A DNA stretch of 14,286 bases from a virus (taxonomy: Duplodnaviria; Heunggongvirae; Uroviricota; Caudoviricetes), in IMG/VR virus record IMGVR_UViG_2711768074_000014, one strand, 5' to 3'. Shown here one piece after another: positions 1-7,782 of the stretch (position 1 is its first letter; each line of letters begins with the position of its first letter). A model generated the notes under the pieces. The model was not told the DNA's origin, searched no databases, and saw nothing but the letters and a program-made list of their open reading frames with translations. Position numbers and translations under genes: made by a program.

Positions 1-1
1 C

Positions 2-277
2 CTGGCACGGCTGGGACGGAAGTCGCTGTCGTTCTCAAAATCGGTGGAGCTGCATGACAAAGTCATCGGGCATTATCTGAACATAAAACACTATCAATAA
101 GTTGGAGTCATTACCGGGCAAGTTTATTTAAGTGGTGCGCCATTGTCTGGTGAATTACTGGTTCAGTGGGGAGACGGCGCGAACTCACGCTGCATTGCGC
201 ACTATGTATTGCCGAAGCAAAGCTTACAGCAAGCCGTCACTGTTATTTCGGCAGTTTGCACACATCCTGGCTCATAA
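2..277 (+). pseudogene. 3' end of fimbrial usher gene (sfmD-like), interrupted by an in-frame TAA at 98..100
   Basis: Frame 2 at 101..274 translates to [42 protein letters not shown]..., which fits the usher C-terminal pattern I recall (G-VYL-G...L-V-WG...C..Y-LP). It ends at TAA 275..277, 12 nt before the next gene's ATG, typical operon spacing. The same frame upstream (2..97) is open but hits TAA at 98..100. Window starts inside the gene. Confidence 0.4.
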
Positions 278-289
278 AGGAAATTATCA

Positions 290-1297
290 ATGAAGATAAT
301 CTGCAGATTATTATTGGCGATGGCATGTTTGTGTCTGGCAAACATATCCTGGGCTACTGTTTGTGCAAATAGTACTGGCGTAGCAGAAGATGAACACTAT
401 GATCTCTCAAATATCTTTAATAGCACCAATAACCAGCCAGGGCAGATTGTTGTTTTACCGGAAAAATCCGGCTGGGTAGGTGTCTCAGCAATTTGTCCAC
501 CCGGTACGCTGGTGAATTATACATACCGTAGTTATGTCACCAACTTTATTGTTCAGGAAACTATCGATAATTATAAATATATGCAATTAAATGATTATCT
601 ATTAGGTGCGATGAGTCTGGTTGATAGTGTGATGGATATTCAGTTCCCCCCGCAAAATTATATTCTGATGGGAACAGATCCTAACGTTTCGCAAAACCTT
701 CCATTCGGGGTGATGGATTCTCGTTTAATATTTCGTTTAAAGGTTATTCGTCCCTTTATTAACATGGTGGAGATCCCCAGACAGGTGATGTTTACCGTGT
801 ATGTGACATCAACGCCTTACGATCCGTTGGTTACACCTGTTTATACCATTAGTTTTGGTGGCCGGGTTGAAGTACCGCAAAACTGCGAATTAAATGCCGG
901 GCAGATTGTTGAATTTGATTTTGGTGATATCGGCGCATCGTTATTTAGTGCGGCAGGGCCGGGTAATCGACCTGCTGGTGTCATGCCGCAAACCAAGAGC
1001 ATTGCGGTCAAATGTACGAATGTTGCTGCGCAGGCTTATTTAACAATGCGTCTGGAAGCCAGTGCCGTTTCTGGTCAGGCGATGGTGTCGGACAATCAGG
1101 ATTTAGGTTTTATTGTCGCCGATCAGAACGATACGCCGATCACGCCTAACGATCTCAATAGCGTTATTCCTTTCCGTCTGGATGCAGCTGCGGCAGCCAA
1201 TGTCACACTTCGCGCCTGGCCTATCAGTATTACCGGTCAAAAACCGACCGAAGGGCCGTTTAGCGCGCTGGGGTATTTACGCGTCGATTATCAATGA
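290..1297 (+). CDS. sfmH: Fimbrial adhesin-like subunit (335 aa) with N-terminal signal peptide
   Basis: ATG at 290 preceded by AAGGAAA (277..283). N-terminus MKIICRLLLAMACLCLANISWA looks like a Sec signal peptide; C-terminus ends ...LRVDYQ, pilin-like. Symbol assigned from context (upstream of sfmF, fimZ, argU as in K-12). Confidence 0.8.
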   Translation: MKIICRLLLAMACLCLANISWATVCANSTGVAEDEHYDLSNIFNSTNNQPGQIVVLPEKSGWVGVSAICPPGTLVNYTYRSYVTNFIVQETIDNYKYMQLNDYLLGAMSLVDSVMDIQFPPQNYILMGTDPNVSQNLPFGVMDSRLIFRLKVIRPFINMVEIPRQVMFTVYVTSTPYDPLVTPVYTISFGGRVEVPQNCELNAGQIVEFDFGDIGASLFSAAGPGNRPAGVMPQTKSIAVKCTNVAAQAYLTMRLEASAVSGQAMVSDNQDLGFIVADQNDTPITPNDLNSVIPFRLDAAAAANVTLRAWPISITGQKPTEGPFSALGYLRVDYQ

Positions 1298-1307
1298 GGT
1301 ACGGAGA

Positions 1308-1823
1308 ATGAGAAGAGCACTCTTTAGCTGTTTCTGCGGGTTACTGTGGATTTCCAGTGGATGGGCAGCTGACCCTTTGGGAACGATTAATATCAATTTG
1401 CACGGTAACGTTGTTGATTTCTCCTGTACCGTAAACACTGCGGATATTGATAAGACGGTAGATTTAGGCAGATGGCCTACGACACAATTACTGAACGCTG
1501 GCGATACCACGGCACTCGTCCCTTTTAGCCTGCGGCTGGAGGGATGTCCTCCGGGTTCAGTTGCGATTTTATTTACGGGAACGCCGGCATCCGATACCAA
1601 CCTGCTGGCTCTGGATGATCCCGCAATGGCGCAAACCATCGCCATCGAATTACGTAATAGCGATCGCTCCCGGCTCGCACTGGGAGCGGCGAGCCCGACT
1701 GAGGAAGTAGATGCAAATGGCAATGTCACACTAAACTTTTTTGCCAATTATCGAGCGTTAGCCAGCGGTGTTCGGCCAGGTGTGGCGAAAGCGGATGCGA
1801 TATTTATGATCAATTATAATTAA
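1308..1823 (+). CDS. sfmF: Minor fimbrial subunit (171 aa)
   Basis: ATG at 1308 with GAGGT 6 nt upstream. Signal-peptide-like N-terminus MRRALFSCFCGLLWISSGWA; C-terminus ...FMINYN. The track ORF 1113..1823 is the same frame with a spurious upstream extension. Symbol from K-12 context. Confidence 0.8.
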   Translation: MRRALFSCFCGLLWISSGWAADPLGTININLHGNVVDFSCTVNTADIDKTVDLGRWPTTQLLNAGDTTALVPFSLRLEGCPPGSVAILFTGTPASDTNLLALDDPAMAQTIAIELRNSDRSRLALGAASPTEEVDANGNVTLNFFANYRALASGVRPGVAKADAIFMINYN

Positions 1824-1825
1824 TA

Positions 1826-2458
1826 TTATATTAATTCGTATAATTTGGCGTAGTCGATAAGCTCTACAATTGAATGCAAACCTAGCTTGCCATAAATATT
1901 AGATTTATGCGCACTAACTGTTTTATTGCTAAGTAATAACTTATCGGCAATTTCTTTATTAGATAATCCGCTAACCAGATAACGTAATATGGTCACTTCA
2001 CGATTAGATAGCACAGTGACCGTTGAACTATTCGTACTACATTTATTGCTTTTTATATAGTTAAGCGTTTCGCTGGGAAAAAACGTGTATCCGGAGAGGA
2101 TCATCTGAACGGCATGAAAAATATCATTCTGATCATTGCATTTACTGACAAAACCGTTAGCACCAGCTTGTATCGCTCTGCCAGCATAAAAGCATTCTGA
2201 TTTCGATGATAAAAATAACACTTTCACTGTGCTCTGGATTTGTTTGATCCTTTTCAGGAAGGTAAAACCGTCTGTTCCGGGCAAGTCTATATCCATAATG
2301 ATTAAATCAACAGGACGGGTTCGGAGATAATCGATGGTTATGCGGTAATCATCCGTTTTCAGGACAATCTGCAATTCACTGTTTTTTTGCAACAGAACTT
2401 CAATAGACATTCTGATGATAGGATGAGTATCCATAATGATCACCGACGTTGGTTTCAT
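1826..2458 (-). CDS. fimZ: LuxR/NarL-family response regulator FimZ (210 aa): receiver domain plus C-terminal LuxR HTH
   Basis: Protein MKPTSVIIMDTHPIIRMSIEVLL...DLIIMDIDLPGTDGF...LSNREVTILRYLVSGLSNKEIADKLLLSNKTVSAHKSNIYGKLG... Start placed at the second in-frame ATG (2458), giving 210 aa as I recall for K-12 FimZ; the track ORF extends to 2521. Convergent with sfmF, stops 2 nt apart. Confidence 0.85.
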   Translation of the reverse strand: MKPTSVIIMDTHPIIRMSIEVLLQKNSELQIVLKTDDYRITIDYLRTRPVDLIIMDIDLPGTDGFTFLKRIKQIQSTVKVLFLSSKSECFYAGRAIQAGANGFVSKCNDQNDIFHAVQMILSGYTFFPSETLNYIKSNKCSTNSSTVTVLSNREVTILRYLVSGLSNKEIADKLLLSNKTVSAHKSNIYGKLGLHSIVELIDYAKLYELI

Positions 2459-2641
2459 AGTTACCAGTCTCATAGGAGCGGACAATTTTCCGTTAGGGCG
2501 GTAAATTGTACTTTGATACATGAAAATACGGGTTTTCTTGATTCAGACGCGCAGCGGTGTGTGTTTGTTTGCCGCTATAGCGAAATAAATCAGAAAATCA
2601 GACGCGGTCGTTCACTTGTTCAGCAACCAGATCAAAAGCCA

Positions 2642-2669
2642 TTGACTCAGCAAGGGTTGACCGTATAAT
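2642..2669 (+). promoter_or_regulatory. Candidate sigma70 promoter of argU
   Basis: TTGACT (2642..2647), 16-nt spacer, TATAAT (2664..2669), about 30 nt upstream of the tRNA 5' end. Confidence 0.6.
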
Positions 2670-2700
2670 TCACGCGATTACACCGCATTGCGGTATCAAC

Positions 2701-2777
2701 GCGCCCTTAGCTCAGTTGGATAGAGCAACGACCTTCTAAGTCGTGGGCCGCAGGTTCGAATCCTGCAGGGCGCGCCA
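2701..2777 (+). tRNA. argU: tRNA-Arg, anticodon UCU (reads AGA), 77 nt with encoded CCA
   Basis: Hand-folded cloverleaf: acceptor stem GCGCCCT/AGGGCGC, D arm TAGCTCAGTTGGATAGAGCA, anticodon stem-loop ACGAC-CTTCTAA-GTCGT (anticodon TCT), T arm GCAGGTTCGAATCCTGC, 3' CCA. Confidence 0.93.
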
Positions 2778-2792
2778 TTACAATTCAATCAG

Positions 2793-3956
2793 TTACGCCT
2801 TCTTTATATCCTCCATAATTCCACAGTGGGACATATTTGGGACATTATCACCAAAAATGTCGTCTATTTTCCTTGCATGCTCTGTCAAATGATTAGGCGC
2901 AAGGTGAGCATACCTACGAACCATTTCTATGGACTCCCATCCGCCCATTTCCTGAAGCACAGATAATGGGACGCCTGACTGGATCAGCCAGCTTGCCCAG
3001 GTGTGTCTGAGGTCATGGAAACGGAAATCTTCAATTCCTGCACGACGACAAGCTGATAGCCATGATGTCTTGCTGTCGATGCGCATCTTCCTGACCGCAG
3101 GCGTTGATGTTCCATCTGCTCGCTTAGCCGCCTTGGTATGTACAAACACCCATTTGTGATGCTTGCCTATTTGATCACGCAACACTTTACAGGCGGTATC
3201 GTTCAGCGCCACACCAATGGCGCGGTTTGATTTGCTCTCTTCTGGATTCACCCAGGCAACTCGTCGCTGCATGTCGATTTGTTGCCATTCCAGATTTATG
3301 ATGTTCGACTTTCTCAGACCAGTTGCCAGCGCAAACTTGACGACAGATTTCAGTGGTTCGGGGCACTCATCAATAAGGCGTTTTGCTTCCTCCTTTTCCA
3401 GCCATCTGACTCGCTTGTTTCTGACCGCTGGTATCTTGATGACAGGCGCTTTTTCCAGCCACTTCCAGTCGCGTTCTGCAGCACGGAGAATGGCCTTTAT
3501 CATGGCAAGATGCTTTGCCTTTGTCTGAGTTGATACTGGCTTTGGTTCATAAACAGGCGGTTCTTTACCTTTCCTGATGGCGGCCTGAACTTTCTGTTTC
3601 CATATTTCTTTCGTCTTTCTGTTATGCATTCTGCTTACAGCAGAGTAAATCTTTGCCTCCGAGATATCTTTAAGCCTTATACCCTCAAAATGTTCAAGCC
3701 AGAACTCAATCCGGCTTTTATCTGAATCGAGAGATTTTTTATCAGCTTTTTCCTCAAGCCATCTTAGGCAGGCCTCTTCAAAAGTGACATCAGGTAAATC
3801 CCCTAGCTTTTCTACTCGCCAGAGTTCTGCTTTTCGCTTGTCGTGCAACTCCTGAGCTTGCCGCTTGTCCTTTGTGCCAAGAGATTCCTTAATTCGTTTC
3901 CCGCCCGGGAGCGAATACGAGGCATACCATATTTCATTTCTGCGGAAGAGTGACAT
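2793..3956 (-). CDS. int: Phage tyrosine integrase (387 aa), argU-site (DLP12 IntD-like) type
   Basis: C-terminal catalytic region ...[42 protein letters not shown]... carries the R..H-x-x-R...Y signature of tyrosine recombinases. Adjacent and antiparallel to the tRNA. Confidence 0.9.
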   Translation of the reverse strand: MSLFRRNEIWYASYSLPGGKRIKESLGTKDKRQAQELHDKRKAELWRVEKLGDLPDVTFEEACLRWLEEKADKKSLDSDKSRIEFWLEHFEGIRLKDISEAKIYSAVSRMHNRKTKEIWKQKVQAAIRKGKEPPVYEPKPVSTQTKAKHLAMIKAILRAAERDWKWLEKAPVIKIPAVRNKRVRWLEKEEAKRLIDECPEPLKSVVKFALATGLRKSNIINLEWQQIDMQRRVAWVNPEESKSNRAIGVALNDTACKVLRDQIGKHHKWVFVHTKAAKRADGTSTPAVRKMRIDSKTSWLSACRRAGIEDFRFHDLRHTWASWLIQSGVPLSVLQEMGGWESIEMVRRYAHLAPNHLTEHARKIDDIFGDNVPNMSHCGIMEDIKKA

Positions 3957-4183
3957 TTTCTTTCCTCTGTTATGCCATCACCCGCGCTCACCTGGACAGT
4001 ATGCAGCGGAGACTGAAGCGCCGCAATGCAAGCTTGCCGTGTTGTGAGGTAAGGAGATTTTGGCTTGGTTGGATCTTTACGTGTTGCCTGTAGGCGGCCT
4101 GTTCGTATCCAGTTGGTGGCGGTTGGTCTGGATATCTTAAGAAACTGACAGGCCTCATCGAGTGTGAGGCTGTATGGCTCCAT
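3812..4183 (-). CDS. xis: AlpA/Xis-type excisionase-like protein
   Basis: ATG at 4183..4181 with GAGGTG upstream, overlapping the stop of the upstream gene as TAATG. N-terminus [38 protein letters not shown] is an AlpA-like HTH. The frame stays open for 123 aa and overlaps int by 145 nt, longer than the ~70 aa typical of this family, so the functional end is uncertain. Confidence 0.6.
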   Translation of the reverse strand: MEPYSLTLDEACQFLKISRPTATNWIRTGRLQATRKDPTKPKSPYLTTRQACIAALQSPLHTVQVSAGDGITEERKCHSSAEMKYGMPRIRSRAGNELRNLLAQRTSGKLRSCTTSEKQNSGE

Positions 4184-4488
4184 TATTTCACCTCTTGCTG
4201 TGTCATTGTTGAAAAATGGATACCAGCTCGTTGCTGCCAGACGATCCAACCGAGAGTCATATCCCATGCCATGTATTCGTTATCGCCGTTTTTTACTCTC
4301 CGACGATCTACTAAGTCACCGAAACGCTTTTCCATGAATAATTCATAGGCTTCGCGTTCATCTGGCTCTACTTCCAGAGATACGAGTGCGATTTCATAAG
4401 CACGGCGCTCAATATCGTCTCGAACCTCTAGGCTGCTGATTCGTTCTTTGATTTCTTTAATCAGTTCTTTATTGGTAAATGTGGTCAT
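4183..4488 (-). CDS. Small phage protein of unknown function (101 aa), YfdT-like by position and length
   Basis: ATG at 4488 overlaps the upstream stop by 1 nt (translational coupling). Acidic, helical-looking sequence. Same length and position as K-12 CPS-53 yfdT as I recall it. Confidence 0.55.
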   Translation of the reverse strand: MTTFTNKELIKEIKERISSLEVRDDIERRAYEIALVSLEVEPDEREAYELFMEKRFGDLVDRRRVKNGDNEYMAWDMTLGWIVWQQRAGIHFSTMTQQEVK

Positions 4489-4850
4489 TATGCTCCAGCC
4501 TCCGGTGCTTTTGGCATTACTGCCCAGTGAGTGATATTGACGTTTTCAAGGTCCCCGACCTGAAATGTCCACTGCCATTCTCCGGTTTCTTTTTGTCCCC
4601 AGGTGTACCAGAGAGAACGCCAGCCAATCAGCCAGCCTTCTCCATTAGCATCAAATAACAGAACACTTTCATTTGCTGGTGGCAGTTCAGCTGACACTGG
4701 TATTATTTTGTTTTCCAGTGCCGCACATTTAGCTTCAAGCGCGTCGAATTTACGTAACAGGTACTCAGCATTTGTTTCGTTCACTTTCAGATCTCGCGGT
4801 ACACATTTCCCGCGAAGAAACCCTTCCATTTCGAAAACATTCATGCGCAT
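4488..4850 (-). CDS. DUF551-type phage protein (120 aa), YfdS-like
   Basis: C-terminal Trp-rich segment (GWLIGWRSLWYTWGQKETGEWQW...ITHWAVMPKAP) of the kind I associate with DUF551. Start overlaps the yfdR-like gene's 3' end by 10 nt. Confidence 0.6.
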   Translation of the reverse strand: MRMNVFEMEGFLRGKCVPRDLKVNETNAEYLLRKFDALEAKCAALENKIIPVSAELPPANESVLLFDANGEGWLIGWRSLWYTWGQKETGEWQWTFQVGDLENVNITHWAVMPKAPEAGA

Positions 4851-5377
4851 TTGCGTAACTCCGATAAATCGTTAAAACGTTCCATAAACATCCCGTAGGC
4901 ATGACCCGGTGCCAGTGGAATCACGTTGAACATCTCTGTTGCCGGGATGCCTTCCAGTACAGGCCAGAAAGAGCCATCATCAAGCCCGAGATCGCGGCGT
5001 TCGGTTGCCAGCATGATGAGATCGGCATATTTCACGGGTGTACTCATAACTGGGGATAACCCGTATTTCTCACGGATTACGGCGTCTATTTTTTCTTCCA
5101 TCCGTTTATAGTCAGGAAGAAGGCGTTTCAGTGGTGCGGGAATGTCCTGGCAATACGCTTCTGTTGCATCATGCATTAACGCTTCAAAAGCAAATTCCTG
5201 CGGCACCAGCTGGCTGCAAAGAACCGCATGTTGGGCGACGCTGTAGAAGTGCGAAAGATGACCGGCAAAGCGACAGATATTTGAAAGGGAAACCGCGATA
5301 TCGTTAATATCGATGTCGTCTTTATTTATCTTGTCATAATAAAAATGCTTCCCGGAAAAAGTTTTAATAAATGACAT
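4841..5377 (-). CDS. yfdR: HD-domain phosphohydrolase (178 aa), YfdR-like
   Basis: HD-superfamily metal-binding motifs (...CRFAGHLSHFYSVAQHAVLCS...LMHDATEAY..D...). Start set at the second ATG (MSFIKTF...), giving 178 aa, the length I recall for K-12 YfdR. Confidence 0.7.
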   Translation of the reverse strand: MSFIKTFSGKHFYYDKINKDDIDINDIAVSLSNICRFAGHLSHFYSVAQHAVLCSQLVPQEFAFEALMHDATEAYCQDIPAPLKRLLPDYKRMEEKIDAVIREKYGLSPVMSTPVKYADLIMLATERRDLGLDDGSFWPVLEGIPATEMFNVIPLAPGHAYGMFMERFNDLSELRKCA

Positions 5378-5470
5378 TTTGTTCTCCACGTATATGCACT
5401 GCACCGCGCTGAATTCTGGTAAAAGGAAGCCCTCACCATCCGGTGATTATTGAGTTAATTACGTTTCCAT

Positions 5471-5492
5471 AAATGCCCCCGCAGGGGCATTT
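5471..5492 (-). terminator. Intergenic hairpin between the yfdQ-like and yfdR-like genes (possible attenuator or stabiliser)
   Basis: AAATGCCCC-cgca-GGGGCATTT, a 9-bp stem with a 4-nt loop. On the minus strand it is followed by UUUAUGG, a weak U-tract, so termination would be partial at most. Confidence 0.35.
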
Positions 5493-5504
5493 GCAGTAAT
5501 GAAA

Positions 5505-6329
5505 TCAGGCGGTGAAAGTACCAATAAAGGTTTCTACTTTGCTGTCTTTGAATTTCTCAACAAGCAGATCACGAAATTCGTTAGCCATTTCTTCCTGCAC
5601 CGCTTCCAGCTGAATAATGCGCAGAACCAGTACAGGACGATCGCCAGTGATAATGCTGAGGCGTAATTTAAACGGACGTTCTTTCAGACCTTCAAACGGA
5701 ACGCATTTAAATTCAAATGCCACTGGCATAATGTCTTTGGTCTTCGCTTCGACAGACTCCATCAGGGAGCGTTTGCCGCTGAAGTCATTATCTTCAAAAT
5801 CAGCGGTCTGGTTTGCTTCAATCGTGATTTTACGGACTGCCGCAGCCGCTTTTGTTGCTTGAATGGCGTCACCATTAGCATCAAAGCCCACAAGGTAGTC
5901 GGCCCAGTCTTCGATCCATTCTGCCAGTGACTTCTGGGAGTTACGCTCGCCGTTAACAGACAACAGAGCAGAGAACGGTGCTGTCTTTTTCAGTTTGAGA
6001 GTGGCAGTGTTATCTGCGTGACCTGGCTCATCAATAGTACCCAGGTTAAGCACACTGACGGCACGCATATTATCGGCATCGATAAAGCAGCGGGTGCCTT
6101 CATCTGCAAGATCTTTAGAATAACGGGTAAAATCATCGATGCTGGCAGTGGAAAGTGCACCACGGAAACGGAAGCGATTTAAATTAAATTTTTCCAGATC
6201 ATGAATGCGGAAATTCTCAGGCAATGCCACAGCATCGGCACCAATCTTACTGATAATTTCATTAACACTCTGAGCAGAAATAAGGGCATGGATTTGATTA
6301 ATTGCGGTTGCGTCTAAGTTCTGAGACAT
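5505..6329 (-). CDS. yfdQ: Phage protein of unknown function (274 aa), YfdQ-like (DUF2303-type)
   Basis: Long ORF with clear coding character; length 274 aa matches what I recall for K-12 YfdQ, and it lies between the yfdP-like and yfdR-like genes. Confidence 0.65.
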   Translation of the reverse strand: MSQNLDATAINQIHALISAQSVNEIISKIGADAVALPENFRIHDLEKFNLNRFRFRGALSTASIDDFTRYSKDLADEGTRCFIDADNMRAVSVLNLGTIDEPGHADNTATLKLKKTAPFSALLSVNGERNSQKSLAEWIEDWADYLVGFDANGDAIQATKAAAAVRKITIEANQTADFEDNDFSGKRSLMESVEAKTKDIMPVAFEFKCVPFEGLKERPFKLRLSIITGDRPVLVLRIIQLEAVQEEMANEFRDLLVEKFKDSKVETFIGTFTA

Positions 6330-6394
6330 AATAAGTCCTCACTATATAAAGATATTCAGTGATGAGATAAATAATCAGTTTATTACGAACGATA

Positions 6395-6757
6395 TTAACG
6401 ACCTGCTGCGCGGAGTTTTCCGTCAGGTTCACCGGCAAGAGTCAGTAATTGTCCCTGGTCTTCCTGCAGAATAGTCAGGCGACCACCGCGATTGACATAC
6501 ATCGGCGTTTCGGTGGTGTCTTCTTCGGAAATTTTCCCGCGGTTAGTTGGGCGAACATATGAGAGTTTGTGTTTGATTTTCACACGGTTCTCATCAAACG
6601 GTTCGATTTCCAGATTGAGTGAGACCTTCCCTTTGGTTTTCGTGTTCATCACACCGGAAGCGACCTCACTGAGAACTGCGCCGATTTTGGTTTCAAATAC
6701 GCCGCCGTCCAGCTCCCCGATAAATGCCTGCACATCAGTACTGCGTTCGCTAGCCAT
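6395..6757 (-). CDS. yfdP: Phage protein of unknown function (120 aa), YfdP-like
   Basis: Start set at ATG 6757 (MASERSTDVQAFIGELDGG...) with GAGGAG 7 nt upstream. The track ORF extends upstream to 6922, but that N-terminal part is Cys/Arg-rich and not protein-like. Confidence 0.6.
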   Translation of the reverse strand: MASERSTDVQAFIGELDGGVFETKIGAVLSEVASGVMNTKTKGKVSLNLEIEPFDENRVKIKHKLSYVRPTNRGKISEEDTTETPMYVNRGGRLTILQEDQGQLLTLAGEPDGKLRAAGR

Positions 6758-6806
6758 TTTGCTGCTCCTCATCATATCGACCCTGCAAGGTCGGTTGGTT
6801 TCTCCA

Positions 6807-6893
6807 CAAAACAGAGAAGAACACCTGCGGTGGCAGCCGCCCGGATGGATTGGGTTATGAGCCCGTCGTCCGGTGATGCTCTTCTCTGTTTTG
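6807..6893. other. Long hairpin: perfect 14-bp inverted repeat CAAAACAGAGAAGA / TCTTCTCTGTTTTG around a 59-nt GC-rich loop
   Basis: Arms at 6807..6820 and 6880..6893 are exact reverse complements. The region has open frames on both strands, consistent with GC-rich non-coding structured RNA or DNA. Confidence 0.5.
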
Positions 6894-6942
6894 CAAAAAA
6901 GGACGGTACCAGCCGGAAGCAAGGGTACAAACTGGTACCGCC
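6894..6942 (-). terminator. Candidate intrinsic terminator on the minus strand, upstream of the early-left operon
   Basis: Inverted repeat CGGTACCAG (6904..6912) / CTGGTACCG (6932..6940) with flanking G:C pairs. On the minus strand it is followed by UCC-UUUUUU (complement of the A6 run at 6895..6900). Confidence 0.45.
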
Positions 6943-7159
6943 AGGACTACACACAGCATAAAGTTGTGGTGCCGGGTGCCTCCCGGTGCCTGGCGAAGGT
7001 TGCACACCAGGCGGGTGGGTATCCACAGAAGGTCGACTGTCAGCCTCAACCTTAACCCGCGTGCGCTGAGCCGCATTCACCACAACGCTAAGGATTCTCT
7101 CTGGTTGAAAATACTTAGCTGTTATGTGCCTGCTTTTAGCCACATCAGGCGAGGTGGAC

Positions 7160-7227
7160 CTGGTTATTCCCCAACAACAAGGATTCGGTTAATCTGGATA
7201 TCCCCAACAACAATAAGAGTATTCAAT
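7160..7227 (+). repeat. Two tandem ~34-bp direct repeats sharing a perfect 13-bp core TCCCCAACAACAA
   Basis: Unit 1 7160..7193 CTGGTTATTCCCCAACAACAAGGATTCGGTTAAT; unit 2 7194..7227 CTGGATATCCCCAACAACAATAAGAGTATTCAAT. They end right at the candidate start codons of the orphan gene. Confidence 0.7.
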
Positions 7228-7251
7228 GTGATCGCTGAATTAACGGCAGCA

Positions 7252-7743
7252 ATGACGGCTATTCGTGAAACAGCCCAGATTGCAAAACTAATGAACGAGG
7301 CAAAAACTCAAGCTGAAGTAAATGCGGCTATTGGTGAGCTGAACTCAAAGCTTGCGTCTATTCAGCGCGAATGCGTGTCTCTCGTTGAACTGGTGGGCTC
7401 TTATCAAGAAATAAATGCTTCTCTCAAAGCTAAAATTGCAGAATTCGAAAACTTTGAGGCTCAGACGGAAGGCTATATCCTTAACCAACTTGAGTCGGGT
7501 ACTTTTGTATACTCGAAGGAGGTAATCGTGAACGGTGGCAGCATAACCATGCATCTTTGCCCAAAATGTTTTGGACAAAAGATAGTATCGATACTTCAAC
7601 CATTCCCGGTTAGCGAAGATGAGCTTTTTCATAAAAGCAGGTGCCTCCACTGTGAAAATAAGTTTCTGATGAATAAAAATCCGGATTACGTATCGCCTCC
7701 ATCCATTGAGGAGTTGTCCAGAAAACTTAACGGCAATCTGTAG
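7252..7743 (+). CDS. Orphan protein (~163 aa): N-terminal coiled coil plus C-terminal C4 zinc ribbon (CPKC-x26-CLHC)
   Basis: AT-rich ORF on the opposite strand to both flanking operons. N-terminus MTAIRETAQIAKLMNEAKTQAEVNAAIGELNSKLASIQRECVSLVELVGSYQEINASLKAKIAEFENFEAQ is heptad-like; C-terminus carries MHLCPKCFGQ...SRCLHCENKF. Followed by an intrinsic terminator. Start uncertain: ATG 7252 has a weak SD, GTG 7228 is the alternative; the in-frame extension back to 6964 is not protein-like. Confidence 0.6.
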   Translation: MTAIRETAQIAKLMNEAKTQAEVNAAIGELNSKLASIQRECVSLVELVGSYQEINASLKAKIAEFENFEAQTEGYILNQLESGTFVYSKEVIVNGGSITMHLCPKCFGQKIVSILQPFPVSEDELFHKSRCLHCENKFLMNKNPDYVSPPSIEELSRKLNGNL

Positions 7744-7782
7744 ATTACTACTGTTGTGGATATCCAGATTGTTAAAGAGCTA

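Noticed and set aside
166-372. 68-aa ORF overlapping the sfmH-like start
   Set aside because: Overlaps the better-supported adhesin gene in another frame; no SD; Cys-rich junk-like sequence.
1277-1747. 156-aa minus-strand ORF
   Set aside because: Entirely antisense to the sfmF-like gene, which has a signal peptide and pilin-like C-terminus.
2459-2521. N-terminal extension of fimZ to 231 aa
   Set aside because: The downstream ATG gives the canonical 210-aa receiver-domain start; the extension adds non-conserved residues.
2387-2668. 93-aa plus-strand ORF across the fimZ start and argU promoter
   Set aside because: Antisense to fimZ and running through the tRNA promoter; His/Arg-rich, non-protein-like.
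3217-3533. Plus-strand ORFs 3217..3528 and 3279..3533
   Set aside because: Antisense inside the integrase gene.
3865-4047. 60-aa plus-strand ORF
   Set aside because: Antisense to the xis/int overlap region.
4603-5862. Plus-strand ORFs 4603..4875, 4926..5111, 5617..5862
   Set aside because: Antisense to the translationally coupled leftward yfd-like genes.
6795-7000. Retron msr/msd non-coding RNA
   Set aside because: No reverse transcriptase gene is nearby, and the inverted repeats are arranged as local hairpins rather than flanking a1/a2 repeats.
6772-7143. Minus-strand 123-aa ORF (GTG start) just upstream of the yfdP-like gene, in the position an N-like antiterminator would occupy
   Set aside because: No SD, GTG start only, Pro/Gly-rich non-protein-like composition, overlapping ORFs in other frames, and a terminator-like hairpin inside it. 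Stop-poor GC-rich non-coding DNA is more likely, but an N-like protein is not excluded.
6964-7251. Upstream in-frame extension of the orphan gene (track ORF 6964..7743, 259 aa)
   Set aside because: The extension is Arg-rich and non-protein-like and covers the GC-rich hairpin block and tandem repeats; only the AT-rich part from about 7252 looks coding.
7160-7743. Type III toxin-antitoxin system (repeat RNA plus toxin)
   Set aside because: Only two repeats, no terminator between repeats and ORF, and the protein is coiled-coil/zinc-ribbon rather than ToxN/AbiQ-like.
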